A stretch of DNA of 64,000 bases from Prochlorococcus sp. AG-355-B18 (GCA_003280965.1 QCDI01000008.1:26780-90779); one strand, 5' to 3'; counted from the stretch's first letter, positions 21,183 to 32,051 are shown. Notes: a model not told the origin generated them from the letters alone. Made by a program: numbers and translations.

Positions 21183-21394
21183 TATTTAATTTTTTTACAC
21201 ATTTAATTATGAAGTTTTCTAAGAACTTCAATTTGTAATAAAAGGTATAAAGTTTCAATTATTTATTGAGATATAGAAAAATGATCTTTTCTTTATTTAT
21301 TGATAAATAATACCCGATAATCTATTAATAAATAAAATTTAATTAATTTATTAATTATTTTCATCAGATTATTTATGTAAAAATTTAAATTATT

Positions 21395-21562
21395 TCAGTA
21401 ATCATTATCTGCTACACACATTCCTAAACATCTAACACCATTTGAAGCAGTCCTTTTGCAATGATTACATAAAATGGGATCTTTCTCTGAAATAAGGTTA
21501 ATTTTTGAATTATTTTGTTCTTTAAAGCTTTTTAACTCTTGTGTTGAATCAAATAGAGTCAT
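21395..21562 (-). CDS. Small Cys-rich protein (CNHC..CLGMC)
   Basis: 55-aa frame from MTLFD; start overlaps the stop of the upstream gene; 4 Cys in a non-random C-terminal motif. Confidence 0.65.
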   Translation of the reverse strand: MTLFDSTQELKSFKEQNNSKINLISEKDPILCNHCKRTASNGVRCLGMCVADNDY

Positions 21563-22193
21563 TCTTAGAATCATCACTTGAGTCGATACTAACAACAAGT
21601 GAAGCATTAGTGTTGGAAGAGGGTATATCCATAATTTTTACAGTTTCTTTAGGCTCATCAATAACTTGATTTTCTTCAGCACTCTCATCTACTGCACAAG
21701 CTTCAAGAGCCTCTCGAAGAAGTGAATCAAAAGTTGCTCCAGGTAATCTATGTCTGGCAACCTCAAGAAAAGTTCTAGGTAACGATTCAGATGCAGCATC
21801 CCGTAAAGCAGGATTATTCTTTCTATGTTCTTGTTCTTCTTCTATTGATTTAATAAACCTCAGTGTGACGTCTCTTTTAGTAGAAGCTTTTATCAACGTA
21901 TCGTTTTCGGGATTACTAACATTAGGTTCATTTTCAAGATCACTAAGTCTTTTTTCCAAACTATTCAAAACTTCATTAGCTTCTTTACTTATATGCGCTA
22001 ATTGACCATCAGATAAATTAGGTAAATCAGCGACAAAAACTTTCCCATGATCCCTTAGTGTCAAGAAAGTTGGTCTTGGGCCTTGAGCCTGTCTACCATT
22101 TGATTCGGAATTATTACCTATTGGTCTTTTTGGAGGTGTAGGGCCAGCTGAACTACGTCTACGTGTAATTCTTTGATTATTTGCAAAGGGCAT
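21549..22193 (-). CDS. Hypothetical protein (helical core, disordered termini)
   Basis: 214-aa ORF with coding-like composition; no motif I can name confidently. Confidence 0.75.
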   Translation of the reverse strand: MPFANNQRITRRRSSAGPTPPKRPIGNNSESNGRQAQGPRPTFLTLRDHGKVFVADLPNLSDGQLAHISKEANEVLNSLEKRLSDLENEPNVSNPENDTLIKASTKRDVTLRFIKSIEEEQEHRKNNPALRDAASESLPRTFLEVARHRLPGATFDSLLREALEACAVDESAEENQVIDEPKETVKIMDIPSSNTNASLVVSIDSSDDSKNDSI

Positions 22194-22324
22194 TGAATAA
22201 AGGTTAAATCTTAATACTTAAACTTCCGATATAATTCGGCGGTAATTTTATTATATTACACCTAACTTTTTCATTTGGGTATAAAAATAATTTTTTAAAA
22301 CTCGTTTAAAAAAGATAAAAAAAT

Positions 22325-23368
22325 TTAAGTTAAAATTTCTGGCAAAAATTTACTAATTGTTGAATTATTTTTTCGAACTATCTTTCCAATTTCCCAACTA
22401 TCTATATCATAATATTTACAGATACTTAATATCGCGTCCTTAAATTTTTTATCAATAATTAAACAAAATCCAACTCCAAGATTGAAAGTATTCCAAAAAT
22501 CTTTTTCAGGAATAGATCCTTTGTCTTTAAGGAATTTAAATAAAATAGGTATTTCCCAAGAACTGGTATTGATATAAGGAATAAAATCAGAAGGAATACA
22601 TCTTGGTAAATTTTCTGGAATTCCTCCTCCAGTTATATGAGACATTGCTTTAATTTCTATATTTTCAGATAACATTTGGTTAATCACATTATTGTAAATT
22701 TTTGTAGGTTTCAATAACTCATCATAAAAACTTAAGTGAGAAACTTTTTCAAATTCCTTTTCTATTTGATTATTGTTTTGGATAATTTTTCTTACTAAAC
22801 TAAAGCCATTACTATGAACTCCATTACTTTTTAAAGCAATTATTAAGTCATTTTCAGAGACTTTTTTACCATTAATAAGCTTATCCTCATCAACTATTCC
22901 AACACAAAATCCTGCAAGATCATACTTATTTTTTGAATAAAATCCTGGCATTTCAGCAGTTTCTCCGCCGAGTAATGAACAGTTATTTTCTCCGCAGCCA
23001 TGTGAAATTCCCTGAACAACCCTCAATAATTGTTTCTTGTCAAGCTTACCAGTAGCAATATAGTCCAGAAAAAATAACGGTTTTGCACCACTAGTAATGA
23101 TATCGTTCATACACATAGCAACTAAATCAATACCAACCTCAAAGTGAAAGTTTTTACTTTGGGCTAATTCTAATTTTGTTCCAACACCATCAGTTCCTGA
23201 AACAAGAACTGGTTTTTTAAAACTATCGATAGGAATTCTAAACAAGCCTCCGAACCCGCCAATACCCTCAATCACATTAGATGTATGAGTTCCTTCAACT
23301 GCCTGTTTAATTTCGGAAACAAATTCTCGTCCAGCTTCTATATCAACACCTGATGTTTTGTAATCCAT
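22325..23368 (-). CDS. purM: Phosphoribosylformylglycinamidine cyclo-ligase (AIR synthetase)
   Basis: MDYKTSGVDI, GTDGVGTK, GGETAEMPG, HSNGFSL, HITGGG, TFNLGVG. Confidence 0.97.
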   Translation of the reverse strand: MDYKTSGVDIEAGREFVSEIKQAVEGTHTSNVIEGIGGFGGLFRIPIDSFKKPVLVSGTDGVGTKLELAQSKNFHFEVGIDLVAMCMNDIITSGAKPLFFLDYIATGKLDKKQLLRVVQGISHGCGENNCSLLGGETAEMPGFYSKNKYDLAGFCVGIVDEDKLINGKKVSENDLIIALKSNGVHSNGFSLVRKIIQNNNQIEKEFEKVSHLSFYDELLKPTKIYNNVINQMLSENIEIKAMSHITGGGIPENLPRCIPSDFIPYINTSSWEIPILFKFLKDKGSIPEKDFWNTFNLGVGFCLIIDKKFKDAILSICKYYDIDSWEIGKIVRKNNSTISKFLPEILT

Positions 23369-23465
23369 GAAATAAAAATGATAGACTCTCCCTATATAGA
23401 TATTCCTCCTAAGATTGCTTTTGTCCAGTAATTATTTATCAAATAGATTTATTTTTTAAAACAAA

Positions 23466-24998
23466 GTGAAGAAATTAATAATAAGGAAAACTGAAGAAAT
23501 AGAAAATTGGAGGAGAAATATAAATTGTGAAATTAACTTTATTCCAACAATGGGTAATCTTCATAATGGACATATAAAATTAATATCAACAGCAAAAAAT
23601 GACAATTCTAATATTAATTTAGTAAGTATTTTTATTAATCCACTTCAATTCGATAACAAGTTAGACTTAGAGAATTACCCTAAAACAATTGATAATGACA
23701 TAAAAATCTCCTTTTCAAATGGCGCGGATGCCATCTTCATCCCAAGTAATGAAGATATATATCCACCAAATAATAAAAATATTAAATTACTAAAAGCTCC
23801 CATAGAATTATCTTCTGCATTATGTGGATTAAATCGAATTGGACATTTTGATGGCGTTTGTACAGTAGTTTATAGATTACTTAATCTCATCAAGCCTAAA
23901 AATCTTTACTTAGGAGAAAAAGATTGGCAACAACTTTTAATTTTAAAAAATCTTGTCCTCAAAGAGAAATTAAATGTTGCTATTAAATCTATTCCTACAC
24001 AAAGAGATTTTGATGGAATACCTTTAAGTTCACGTAATGTACATTTATCAAAAAACGAAAGGCAATTGATTAGGTTTTTTTCAAGTGAGTTATTAGAAGC
24101 AAAAAAAATTTTTCAACAAGAAAAAAATATCAATTTAAACGAAATAATTAAAAAGTTATCAGCAAAAAAAATTTCAGTCGAATATTTAGAACACTTACAC
24201 CCTCATACCCTCCAAAAAGCAAGACTTGAGGATAATATTTCGTTACTGGCTGGTGCGATAAGATGTGGAGAGACAAGATTAATTGATCACGTTTTCCTAA
24301 TGAAAAGAAGGCCGATTATTGCAATTGATGGTCCTGCAGGGTCAGGTAAAAGTACCGTAACAAAGTTAATAGCGAAGAAACTTAAACTCCTATATTTAGA
24401 TACTGGCGCAATGTATAGAGCATTGAGTTGGCTTATACTTAAAGAAAATATTGATTATAAAAAAGAAAAAAAATTACAGAATATTTTTAAAGATATATCT
24501 ATTGTTTTCAAGTCAAATACAAATTCACATCAGGATGTTTATATTAATAACTACTGTATTACTGAAGAAATTAGGTCGCAAAAGATAAGTTCCATAGTTT
24601 CTAAAATTTCCTCAATAAAAGAAGTAAGAAAATTCTTAGTAGAAGAACAAAGAAAAATTGGAGAATCAGGCGGACTTGTAGCTGAGGGAAGAGATATAGG
24701 AACTACTGTTTTTCCTCATGCAGAACTTAAAATATTTTTAACCGCTAGTATTGATGAAAGAGCAAAAAGAAGAAAATCTGATAAAAATAGTAAAGACTCA
24801 CAAGAAATAGACCTTAATACACTTAAAGAACTTATAAAGAAAAGAGATTTTGAAGATTCGAATAGGGAAATTTCACCTCTAATAAAAGCCAATGACGCAA
24901 TAGAAATTATTACGGATGGATATTCAATTTATGAGGTAGTTGATAAAATTATTGATCTTTATAATGACAAGATTCCTAAAGAGACTGAGATCAAATAA
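23466..24998 (+). CDS. panC-cmk: Bifunctional pantoate--beta-alanine ligase / cytidylate kinase
   Basis: PTMGNLHNGH, GEKDWQQ, LSSRN, RLIDH, then IAIDGPAGSGKST, LDTGAMYR, EGRDIGT. Confidence 0.96.
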   Translation: MKKLIIRKTEEIENWRRNINCEINFIPTMGNLHNGHIKLISTAKNDNSNINLVSIFINPLQFDNKLDLENYPKTIDNDIKISFSNGADAIFIPSNEDIYPPNNKNIKLLKAPIELSSALCGLNRIGHFDGVCTVVYRLLNLIKPKNLYLGEKDWQQLLILKNLVLKEKLNVAIKSIPTQRDFDGIPLSSRNVHLSKNERQLIRFFSSELLEAKKIFQQEKNINLNEIIKKLSAKKISVEYLEHLHPHTLQKARLEDNISLLAGAIRCGETRLIDHVFLMKRRPIIAIDGPAGSGKSTVTKLIAKKLKLLYLDTGAMYRALSWLILKENIDYKKEKKLQNIFKDISIVFKSNTNSHQDVYINNYCITEEIRSQKISSIVSKISSIKEVRKFLVEEQRKIGESGGLVAEGRDIGTTVFPHAELKIFLTASIDERAKRRKSDKNSKDSQEIDLNTLKELIKKRDFEDSNREISPLIKANDAIEIITDGYSIYEVVDKIIDLYNDKIPKETEIK

Positions 24999-25000
24999 AT

Positions 25001-25474
25001 TCAATAAATACTTTCCAAAAAACCGTTTACAGAGTCTTCTAAAATATCAAGGACATAATCGAAGCCCTCATCACCCCCAAAATATGGGTCAGGAACTTCT
25101 TGCTCATTAAAAACTGATCTAAAATCTTGTATTTTTTTAATTGATGCACAACCAGCTGAAGATGTTTTATTTTTAAGATCTTGTATATTTCTAAAATTTG
25201 AATCATCCATCGTAAGAATATAGTTAAATTCGTCAAAATCTTTGCTAGTAATTTGACGAGCTCTGCTTAAGATATTTATATCTCTTCTTTCTGCCGCAAT
25301 TCTCATCCTAGAGTCAGCTTTTTTTCCAATATGCCAGCTTCCAGTTCCAGCAGAATCTACAATAAAGTCATCGGTTAATCCCTTCTTTTCAAGAAGGCTC
25401 ATAAAGATAGCTTCTGCTGCAGGAGACCTACAAATATTTCCCAGACATACAAAAAGAACAGAAATTTTTTTCAT
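25001..25474 (-). CDS. Low-molecular-weight protein-tyrosine phosphatase
   Basis: VLFVCLGNICRSPAAE, DSAGT, VPDPYFG. Confidence 0.95.
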   Translation of the reverse strand: MKKISVLFVCLGNICRSPAAEAIFMSLLEKKGLTDDFIVDSAGTGSWHIGKKADSRMRIAAERRDINILSRARQITSKDFDEFNYILTMDDSNFRNIQDLKNKTSSAGCASIKKIQDFRSVFNEQEVPDPYFGGDEGFDYVLDILEDSVNGFLESIY

Positions 25475-25507
25475 ATGATTTCAAATTCAAATTAAATTAT
25501 AAGACTT

Positions 25508-26269
25508 TTAAGTAGTAAATAAAACTTCTTTAATTAAAGATTCAGTAAATTCTTTGCCAAACAAACTCGACAACATTGGCCTTGCTGGATCGTTATCTCT
25601 TCTATATTTCAAATAATTATTTTGACCATTTATTAATTCTTTTTGCAATTCCATATTGACTTCCTTGCTTTCGAAAAGAATTTCCAAATACAAATTAAGA
25701 TATTCTTTAAATGTAGTGTAAAGCTGATTAGCAATTAAAAAATCACTTCTTTCTTCTTTTGGTAATTTTGACCAGATTAATCCTGGAGAAAAAAATCTAG
25801 CTACATCTTCAGACATTTTTTCAGCTAATGGAAGTGAAGTATGACAACGATTTTTAAGTTTTATAAGTTTTTCTATTAACTTATTATTGTATTGATTTTG
25901 TATTTTTAAGGAAGGCTGAAAATCTAATACCAATAAATGACTATTAGGCAGAGAAACAAAATCTACTCCAAAAAATGGGACGTTATAAATAGTATTAGGA
26001 ATAATTAAAAAATTTAAAACAGAATAATTTGGACTATTAATACAAACTGCTCTTGCAAATTGAATTCTTTTTTTATGAGTTACACCCCAAGTAGAGAGAT
26101 TCACATTTTTTTTTGATTTTTTTGAACCATAAGTTGATTTTTTATAAGAATATTCAGAGGGTATTATTTTTTCTAAACAGTTATATTTACTTAAATTATT
26201 AGTTAAATATTTTAGAAAATTATGCCATCTCCAATCTGGGCTATAAAAAATAGTATCTTGTATTAACAT
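25508..26269 (-). CDS. pebB: Phycoerythrobilin:ferredoxin oxidoreductase
   Basis: Bilin reductase motifs [25 protein letters not shown]; follows pebA. Confidence 0.9.
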   Translation of the reverse strand: MLIQDTIFYSPDWRWHNFLKYLTNNLSKYNCLEKIIPSEYSYKKSTYGSKKSKKNVNLSTWGVTHKKRIQFARAVCINSPNYSVLNFLIIPNTIYNVPFFGVDFVSLPNSHLLVLDFQPSLKIQNQYNNKLIEKLIKLKNRCHTSLPLAEKMSEDVARFFSPGLIWSKLPKEERSDFLIANQLYTTFKEYLNLYLEILFESKEVNMELQKELINGQNNYLKYRRDNDPARPMLSSLFGKEFTESLIKEVLFTT

Positions 26270-26980
26270 TCAATCAATAATCTCATTATTTAGTGTAAAA
26301 AGAAATTTATTGATAAATTTTTTTGTCCATTTTTCTCCAAAAAATGATTTAAATAATTTATCTGCAGGGTCTTTTTCAAAACTGTACTTATCATATTTAA
26401 TTTGATTAATCTTTATTTCTTCTTCATTTAAAAATTTATTCACAGGATTCGATTTATAAATTGTCAAATAATTATTTACAAATGAATGGAAAATATTATT
26501 TAAATCTCTATCAAGATTTAATTTATTTCCTCTGCATATAATCACCCACGGGGAAAAATACTTATTTGAATCATATATATTCTTCATTTTATTATTATCA
26601 AATTCAGAATATTTTTTCTTAATACTTCCTAAACTTGAACAATATTTTTCAAGATACTTACCTTCTTGAATTAAAGGTTGATAATCGAGTATTGCTAATA
26701 ACTTTTGAGAAGTTCCAAACCATAAAATATCAGCTCCTAAAATAGGCATTTCTCTATCAAAATTTGGATATGCGACCGTATTAAAAACCTGCAGTTTTTT
26801 CCCACCATCTAATCTGGTTATTCGCCACTTTCTATATTCTGGAGATGAAAAAAGCCAATTTTTAATAATATATTTTGAGTCTTCATTGTGATGTTCTTTG
26901 AATTCGCTAGATATTTGTACTTCATGACCATTTAATTCATCAATATTGGTTTTAAGGAAATCAACTAATGAATCAAACAT
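26270..26980 (-). CDS. pebA: 15,16-dihydrobiliverdin:ferredoxin oxidoreductase
   Basis: [38 protein letters not shown]. Confidence 0.92.
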   Translation of the reverse strand: MFDSLVDFLKTNIDELNGHEVQISSEFKEHHNEDSKYIIKNWLFSSPEYRKWRITRLDGGKKLQVFNTVAYPNFDREMPILGADILWFGTSQKLLAILDYQPLIQEGKYLEKYCSSLGSIKKKYSEFDNNKMKNIYDSNKYFSPWVIICRGNKLNLDRDLNNIFHSFVNNYLTIYKSNPVNKFLNEEEIKINQIKYDKYSFEKDPADKLFKSFFGEKWTKKFINKFLFTLNNEIID

Positions 26981-26986
26981 AAATTA

Positions 26987-27697
26987 CTAGGTCTCAGTGC
27001 TTCCTTTCCTTACTTTTTTTGTAATGTAATTAAATACAATCTTTCCTAAAACTGCAATCAAGTTACCTTCAAGCTCCTTAAACATTTTCATATTGTAAGT
27101 AAAAGCTTGATTAGCTTCATCAATAATTTGATCAGCAATCTTTTGATTTATTGGAAGTTGATTCAAAGTTAAGGAATATTGTTCCTTGAATTTCTTTTCG
27201 TCAGCAATTAATTCAAACTCATAAAAATTTAAACCATCATTTCCTTGCAAATTTAATGCCTTTTTAGCGATCCTTTTCAAAATTTGCCCCCCAGATAAAT
27301 CTCCTATATAGCGAGTGTAGTGGTGACCAACCAATAGCTCTGGTGATTTTTTTGCGACCTCTCGAATTCTTTCAACGTATTCTTTTGCTGAGTGAGAAAT
27401 ATTAATTTCATTCTTCCAATTATCACCAAAATAAAATTTAAGATCGTTTTCAAGAGTTTCTTTCCTGAATAATGATTTAAAACCTATAGGTTTTATTACT
27501 GGATGTTCCTCATTAACCAATCTTTCAATTTCTTCTTCCATAGCCTCATAAACAAAATATAAATCACTAATTAATTTTCTATATGATTTTTTTTCAACAA
27601 CTCCTTTTAAAAAACAAGCCACAAAGCCAGTATTTTCTGCCATAGTGTGGGATTTTTTTGTCCCTTCTCTTAGTTGTCCTGCAAGAGCGACTGCCAT
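26987..27697 (-). CDS. ho1: Heme oxygenase (biliverdin-producing)
   Basis: LREGTKKSHTMAEN, HYTRYIGDLSGGQIL, EANQAF. Confidence 0.96.
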   Translation of the reverse strand: MAVALAGQLREGTKKSHTMAENTGFVACFLKGVVEKKSYRKLISDLYFVYEAMEEEIERLVNEEHPVIKPIGFKSLFRKETLENDLKFYFGDNWKNEINISHSAKEYVERIREVAKKSPELLVGHHYTRYIGDLSGGQILKRIAKKALNLQGNDGLNFYEFELIADEKKFKEQYSLTLNQLPINQKIADQIIDEANQAFTYNMKMFKELEGNLIAVLGKIVFNYITKKVRKGSTET

Positions 27698-27754
27698 ATA
27701 TTTTGAATTAATTTTGTATTTGTATTTAATTTACAAGAAAAATACATAAAACAG

Positions 27755-28186
27755 CTAATTTTTGTTACCGGCGGATGTTGTAGAGAATAACTTATAAAGT
27801 TCTTTACAAACCAAAAAAAGATTGTCTTTTTGTTCCTTTTGAGGTAAATGAGTACCAGTCATTTCCCACTCCCCAACAGTAGCAACTCTCCATCTCTCGG
27901 AGGGGACAATCATCCCTCGCATTATAATTCCTAACAATTTTGGAACTCTGTCATTATTATAATTCTCAATTCTTAATTGTAAGAGTATTGCTCTACATTC
28001 AATAAGAGGGCTCCAACCAGGGAAATGAAACGCAAAATCAATAGTATCTTGCATGGATTCATTATTTGAATTGTCCCAGGGACTAAAGTTAACGCTGGCA
28101 TCTGGAAAATATTTCCGAAACAAAGATGCTGTAGAAGCAATTTTATTAGCTATTTCAACATTACTTACCCTTGAACTCGCATTCAT
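27755..28186 (-). CDS. Hypothetical protein
   Basis: 143-aa ORF co-oriented upstream of ho1; FHFPGWSP and other W/P-rich motifs suggest a real protein. Confidence 0.7.
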   Translation of the reverse strand: MNASSRVSNVEIANKIASTASLFRKYFPDASVNFSPWDNSNNESMQDTIDFAFHFPGWSPLIECRAILLQLRIENYNNDRVPKLLGIIMRGMIVPSERWRVATVGEWEMTGTHLPQKEQKDNLFLVCKELYKLFSTTSAGNKN

Positions 28187-28397
28187 AAATAGCTAAGTGT
28201 TTTTTTGAAAATGACATAATTTCCCATAACTTGCTTATTAACTACTTTTTCTTTTAATAAAGATGTTGAAATGCTCATCAAGAAAGTATTCTCTATTCAC
28301 ATTTGAATAATAAATTTCTAGCTTTTAAAGAAAATAACTCATCGCAAATTACAATACGAAAAACTTCAAAGAGTTATCTTCGTTATTATTAAATACT

Positions 28398-29822
28398 ATG
28401 CCAAATTTTGAAAAATTAAATTTCCCTACTGAAGGAGAGATAATAACTTTTGAACAGGGCAAGCCTAAAGTTCCCAATAATCCAATCGTGCCATATATAA
28501 GGGGTGATGGTACTGGAGTTGATATATGGCCAGCAACTCAAATTGTTCTAGATGCAGCGATTAAAAAAAGCTATGGAGATGAAAGAAAAATTAATTGGTT
28601 TAAAGTCTATGCAGGCGATGAAGCTTGTGAACTTTATGGAACATATAACTATCTCCCTCAAGATACTATTGAAGCAATCAAACATTTTGGTGTAGCCATC
28701 AAAGGTCCTTTAACAACTCCCATCGGTGGAGGTATTAGATCTCTTAATGTTGCATTAAGGCAAATTTTTGATTTATATAGCTGTGTTAGACCATGCAAAT
28801 ATTATTCAGGAACTCCAAGCCCTCACAAAAATCCCCAAAATTTAGACGTTATTGTTTATAGAGAAAATACTGAGGATATCTACATGGGAATTGAATGGGA
28901 AGCTGAGGATAATAATTGTCTTGAATTAATTAATCACTTAAATAACATTGTCATACCAAAAAGTAAAAATTTAAAAAATAGATCCATACCAATCGGATCA
29001 GGTATTGGAATAAAACCGGTAAGTAAATCTGGTAGTCAAAGGCATATAAGAAAAGCTATTGAACATGCAAAAAGATTATCAGGAAATAAAAGGCATGTGA
29101 CTCTTGTACATAAAGGGAATATTATGAAATATACAGAAGGTGCATTTAGAGATTGGGGATATGAATTAGCAGTAAATGAATTTAGAGAAGATTGCATTAC
29201 AGAAAGAGAAAGCTGGATTTTAGATAATATTCAGAAAAATCCAGAAATTACAATTGAAAACAATGCTCGAAAAATTGAACCAGGTTTTGACAAGCTTACA
29301 AATAACAAAAAAGCATTCATTTGCGAAGAAATTAAAGAAGTTATTGCATCAATATCAAATTCTCACGGAGAAGGAAAATGGAGAGAACTTATTCTTGTTG
29401 ATGATCGGATAGCTGATAGTATATTTCAACAAATTCAAACTAGACCTCAAGAATATTCAATTCTTGCAACATTAAACCTTAATGGAGACTATGTTTCTGA
29501 TGCGGCTGCAGCAATTGTTGGAGGACTAGGTATGGCTCCTGGTGCAAATATTGGAGATAATGCAGCAATTTTCGAAGCTACGCACGGTACCGCTCCAAAA
29601 CATGCAGGTTTAAACAAGATTAATCCAGGCTCAGTTATTCTTAGTGGTGTAATGATGCTTGAATATTTTGGTTGGGATGAAGCAGCTAACTTAATTACTA
29701 AAGGTTTAAGTAAAGCAATAGAGCAAAAAAAAGTCACTTATGATCTAGCACGCTTAATGGAACCAAAAGTAGAACCCTTATCATGCAGCAGTTTTGCTGA
29801 GGAAATTATCTCAAATTACTAA
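28398..29822 (+). CDS. icd: NADP-dependent isocitrate dehydrogenase
   Basis: GDGTGVDI, KGPLTTP, RSLNVALRQ, RENTEDIY, HKGNIMK, NLNGDY, EATHGTAP. Confidence 0.97.
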   Translation: MPNFEKLNFPTEGEIITFEQGKPKVPNNPIVPYIRGDGTGVDIWPATQIVLDAAIKKSYGDERKINWFKVYAGDEACELYGTYNYLPQDTIEAIKHFGVAIKGPLTTPIGGGIRSLNVALRQIFDLYSCVRPCKYYSGTPSPHKNPQNLDVIVYRENTEDIYMGIEWEAEDNNCLELINHLNNIVIPKSKNLKNRSIPIGSGIGIKPVSKSGSQRHIRKAIEHAKRLSGNKRHVTLVHKGNIMKYTEGAFRDWGYELAVNEFREDCITERESWILDNIQKNPEITIENNARKIEPGFDKLTNNKKAFICEEIKEVIASISNSHGEGKWRELILVDDRIADSIFQQIQTRPQEYSILATLNLNGDYVSDAAAAIVGGLGMAPGANIGDNAAIFEATHGTAPKHAGLNKINPGSVILSGVMMLEYFGWDEAANLITKGLSKAIEQKKVTYDLARLMEPKVEPLSCSSFAEEIISNY

Positions 29823-29824
29823 TT

Positions 29825-31174
29825 TTAAAAATTATTTTTATTTTCAAAAACTTTCCAAATATTAACCAGAGAATCTTTATTGCCAATGTTTCCAGGATGA
29901 GTAACGATAGGAAGTTTTTCGCCATTTTTTAAGTTGTAGGTCACCACTGAAATGCCTGTTAAAATCTGTCCTTCAAGATAAACATAACTTGCATTAAGTC
30001 CATTACTAAGAATCAAATTTGTTGTTATTCCACCTTTTGAAATCAAATATCCTATTTCATACTTTAAAACTGCGACTAATTCAGCAATAAAACAAGCAAG
30101 TAAATTATAAAAATTAAATAGTTCAGAAGAATCTAAAGACATAATTTTTCTTGAAGTAAACAAAACAGGAGTTTTTCCTTTCTCAAAAGAAAATCTAATT
30201 TCTTTTAAAAATTTATTTTTAAACAAATTCCTTCGCTCCTGATTATTATCTGATGAAGTAATTTTAAAGAATTCAAAAACATCTAATTCAACTGGATTGC
30301 AATTACTTATCTCTAATAAATTATTCAATTGTATTGTTGAAAGTTCTACATAAGATCCAACAATTATCAGTCCTGGAAGGAAACTCTTTTCTTTATTTCT
30401 TATTCTTAAATTAGAGAAAAATATTTCACTCTGAGAGAAACTTTTTTTCTCAGAAATTGAACTTATAAAACTTGCTGCAGTTCGAAAAAGGAATTTTTTT
30501 TGTTTAATTAATTTTTTAATTACTAAAGAAAATTTTTTAAGTTGAGAATAATTTTCTGCATCTACAACTACATGTTTATTATTTTTCAAGTTCTTTAGTT
30601 TTTTAAAAACAATATTATTTTCTTGATCATTTAGCATTTCGATATCTGACAATAAAAGATTTTGAATATCTTCAAAATTTATTTGCGATTTACTCTGCTG
30701 AAATAAAAGATTCTTGATATTACTTGTCTCATATCCAAAAATTTTATCTGTAGCAAAAATTGTTTGACTAATAGGAGTTTTATCAACAAAATGTGTTCCA
30801 TTAATTGTTAATCTTTTACCCTCTATGAAAGCTGGAATATGAAAAGTAGCATCAAAAGGACCTAAGCAACTATTTAGAGCAATTGGCTCTAAATAGTTAT
30901 GTCCTCGAAGAGTAGAGTCTCCTCTACTTATGAAAATTATTTCTTCTTCATAGGCTTGAGAAGTAATTACAGTCTTAAGATTTTTGCAAATTTCCTTTAT
31001 TGTTAATTTCGCATCATTTTCCGATAGTGACCTTGTATTAGCCAAAATAAAAAATAAATTAGATTTAGATTCAAAACCTTTGACTAAAGTTGAGCAGTCC
31101 CACTTAAGCAGTAATAAGCAATCGTGAACAGTTTGAGAGCCTGTGGGATCATCATCTATAACGACAAATTTCAT
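29825..31174 (-). CDS. Four-carbon acid-sugar kinase family (DUF1537/YgbK-like)
   Basis: VIDDDPTGSQTV, NTRSL, RGDSTLRGH, PAFIEG, VGSY, SKGGIT, PGNIG. Confidence 0.85.
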   Translation of the reverse strand: MKFVVIDDDPTGSQTVHDCLLLLKWDCSTLVKGFESKSNLFFILANTRSLSENDAKLTIKEICKNLKTVITSQAYEEEIIFISRGDSTLRGHNYLEPIALNSCLGPFDATFHIPAFIEGKRLTINGTHFVDKTPISQTIFATDKIFGYETSNIKNLLFQQSKSQINFEDIQNLLLSDIEMLNDQENNIVFKKLKNLKNNKHVVVDAENYSQLKKFSLVIKKLIKQKKFLFRTAASFISSISEKKSFSQSEIFFSNLRIRNKEKSFLPGLIIVGSYVELSTIQLNNLLEISNCNPVELDVFEFFKITSSDNNQERRNLFKNKFLKEIRFSFEKGKTPVLFTSRKIMSLDSSELFNFYNLLACFIAELVAVLKYEIGYLISKGGITTNLILSNGLNASYVYLEGQILTGISVVTYNLKNGEKLPIVTHPGNIGNKDSLVNIWKVFENKNNF

Positions 31175-31187
31175 AAGTATTGCATTA

Positions 31188-32042
31188 TTACTTAAGAGAT
31201 TTTATTTGGATTGAGGCATATAATCTTTTACTATCATTTGAAGGAATCATAATGTTTCTAAATCCATCAACAAAAGAATTTCGGGGACTAGTCCAAGGTT
31301 CGAGACATATCATTCTTCTTGGAGGATCACTCCAAATAACTCCTAAATCAAAAGGATATGGATGATTTAAAGTTACCTCTCTTTTAAAAATTTTATCTCG
31401 AAAAAAGCTTCTACCGGAAGTATACATAAGTAGATCAACTCCTAAATTAATTTTATTTAATTCATCCAAAGTATTACTTATAGTATTTCTTTCTTGATCC
31501 TGACAATTAAGTGGATTATCAACAAACTCTAAATTTTTGAAATCTGAAACATTAAAATAAGGATGCAAACCAAAATTTATAGGCATAGCAAAGTCTGTTT
31601 TATTATAGATTGTAATTTCAAATTCTAAATAGTTAACTTTTAAAGTAACTTCTATTTTTAGTTCGAAATCGAAAGGATAATATTTTTTGGTTTTTTTAGA
31701 TGCATTTAAGAATAAGCATAAAAATTTTTCATTTTCATTAAATGAGAATTGCCATTGCGAATCCCTAGCGAAACCATGTTGTGGTAATTGCAAATAACCA
31801 TTTCCAAATACTGAACTAGAGGTATTGAGATTTCCACAAATTGGAAACAAGATTGGAATACCTCCCCTAATACTTTTTGTCTTGTCCATAAATCTTGTTT
31901 CATCGAAATAAAGTATTTCCTTACCATCCGCAACCCAATTTGTAATAACGCCTCCTCTGTTAGGACAAAATTTAATGTAATTATTTTTATCTAATTGAAA
32001 GACAAAAATTCCTTGGTCCTTATTAGATGATTCAAGTTTCAC
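31188..32042 (-). CDS. Aldose 1-epimerase / galactose mutarotase family
   Basis: RGGIPILFP, QHGFAR, YPFDF, GLHPYF, CLEPWT. Confidence 0.9.
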   Translation of the reverse strand: MKLESSNKDQGIFVFQLDKNNYIKFCPNRGGVITNWVADGKEILYFDETRFMDKTKSIRGGIPILFPICGNLNTSSSVFGNGYLQLPQHGFARDSQWQFSFNENEKFLCLFLNASKKTKKYYPFDFELKIEVTLKVNYLEFEITIYNKTDFAMPINFGLHPYFNVSDFKNLEFVDNPLNCQDQERNTISNTLDELNKINLGVDLLMYTSGRSFFRDKIFKREVTLNHPYPFDLGVIWSDPPRRMICLEPWTSPRNSFVDGFRNIMIPSNDSKRLYASIQIKSLK

Positions 32043-32051
32043 GATTATTAC

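Noticed and set aside
21070..21258. ORF-track N-terminal extension of the LpxB-like gene through tRNA-Cys
   Set aside because: It runs antisense through a complete tRNA; an in-frame GTG at 21069 immediately precedes the conserved LLFICNGHGED start region.
21183..21394. Extremely AT-rich stretch downstream of tRNA-Cys as a possible island scar or att site
   Set aside because: No duplicated tRNA 3' end, integrase fragment or ORF seen; the same holds for both tRNA-Arg genes.
23466..24998. panC-cmk fusion as a novelty
   Set aside because: Well-known standard arrangement in cyanobacteria.
27715..27750. NtcA-like GTA..TAC palindromes (here, 22252-22269 and near 63960)
   Set aside because: Spacers are 7 or 12 nt, not the required 8.
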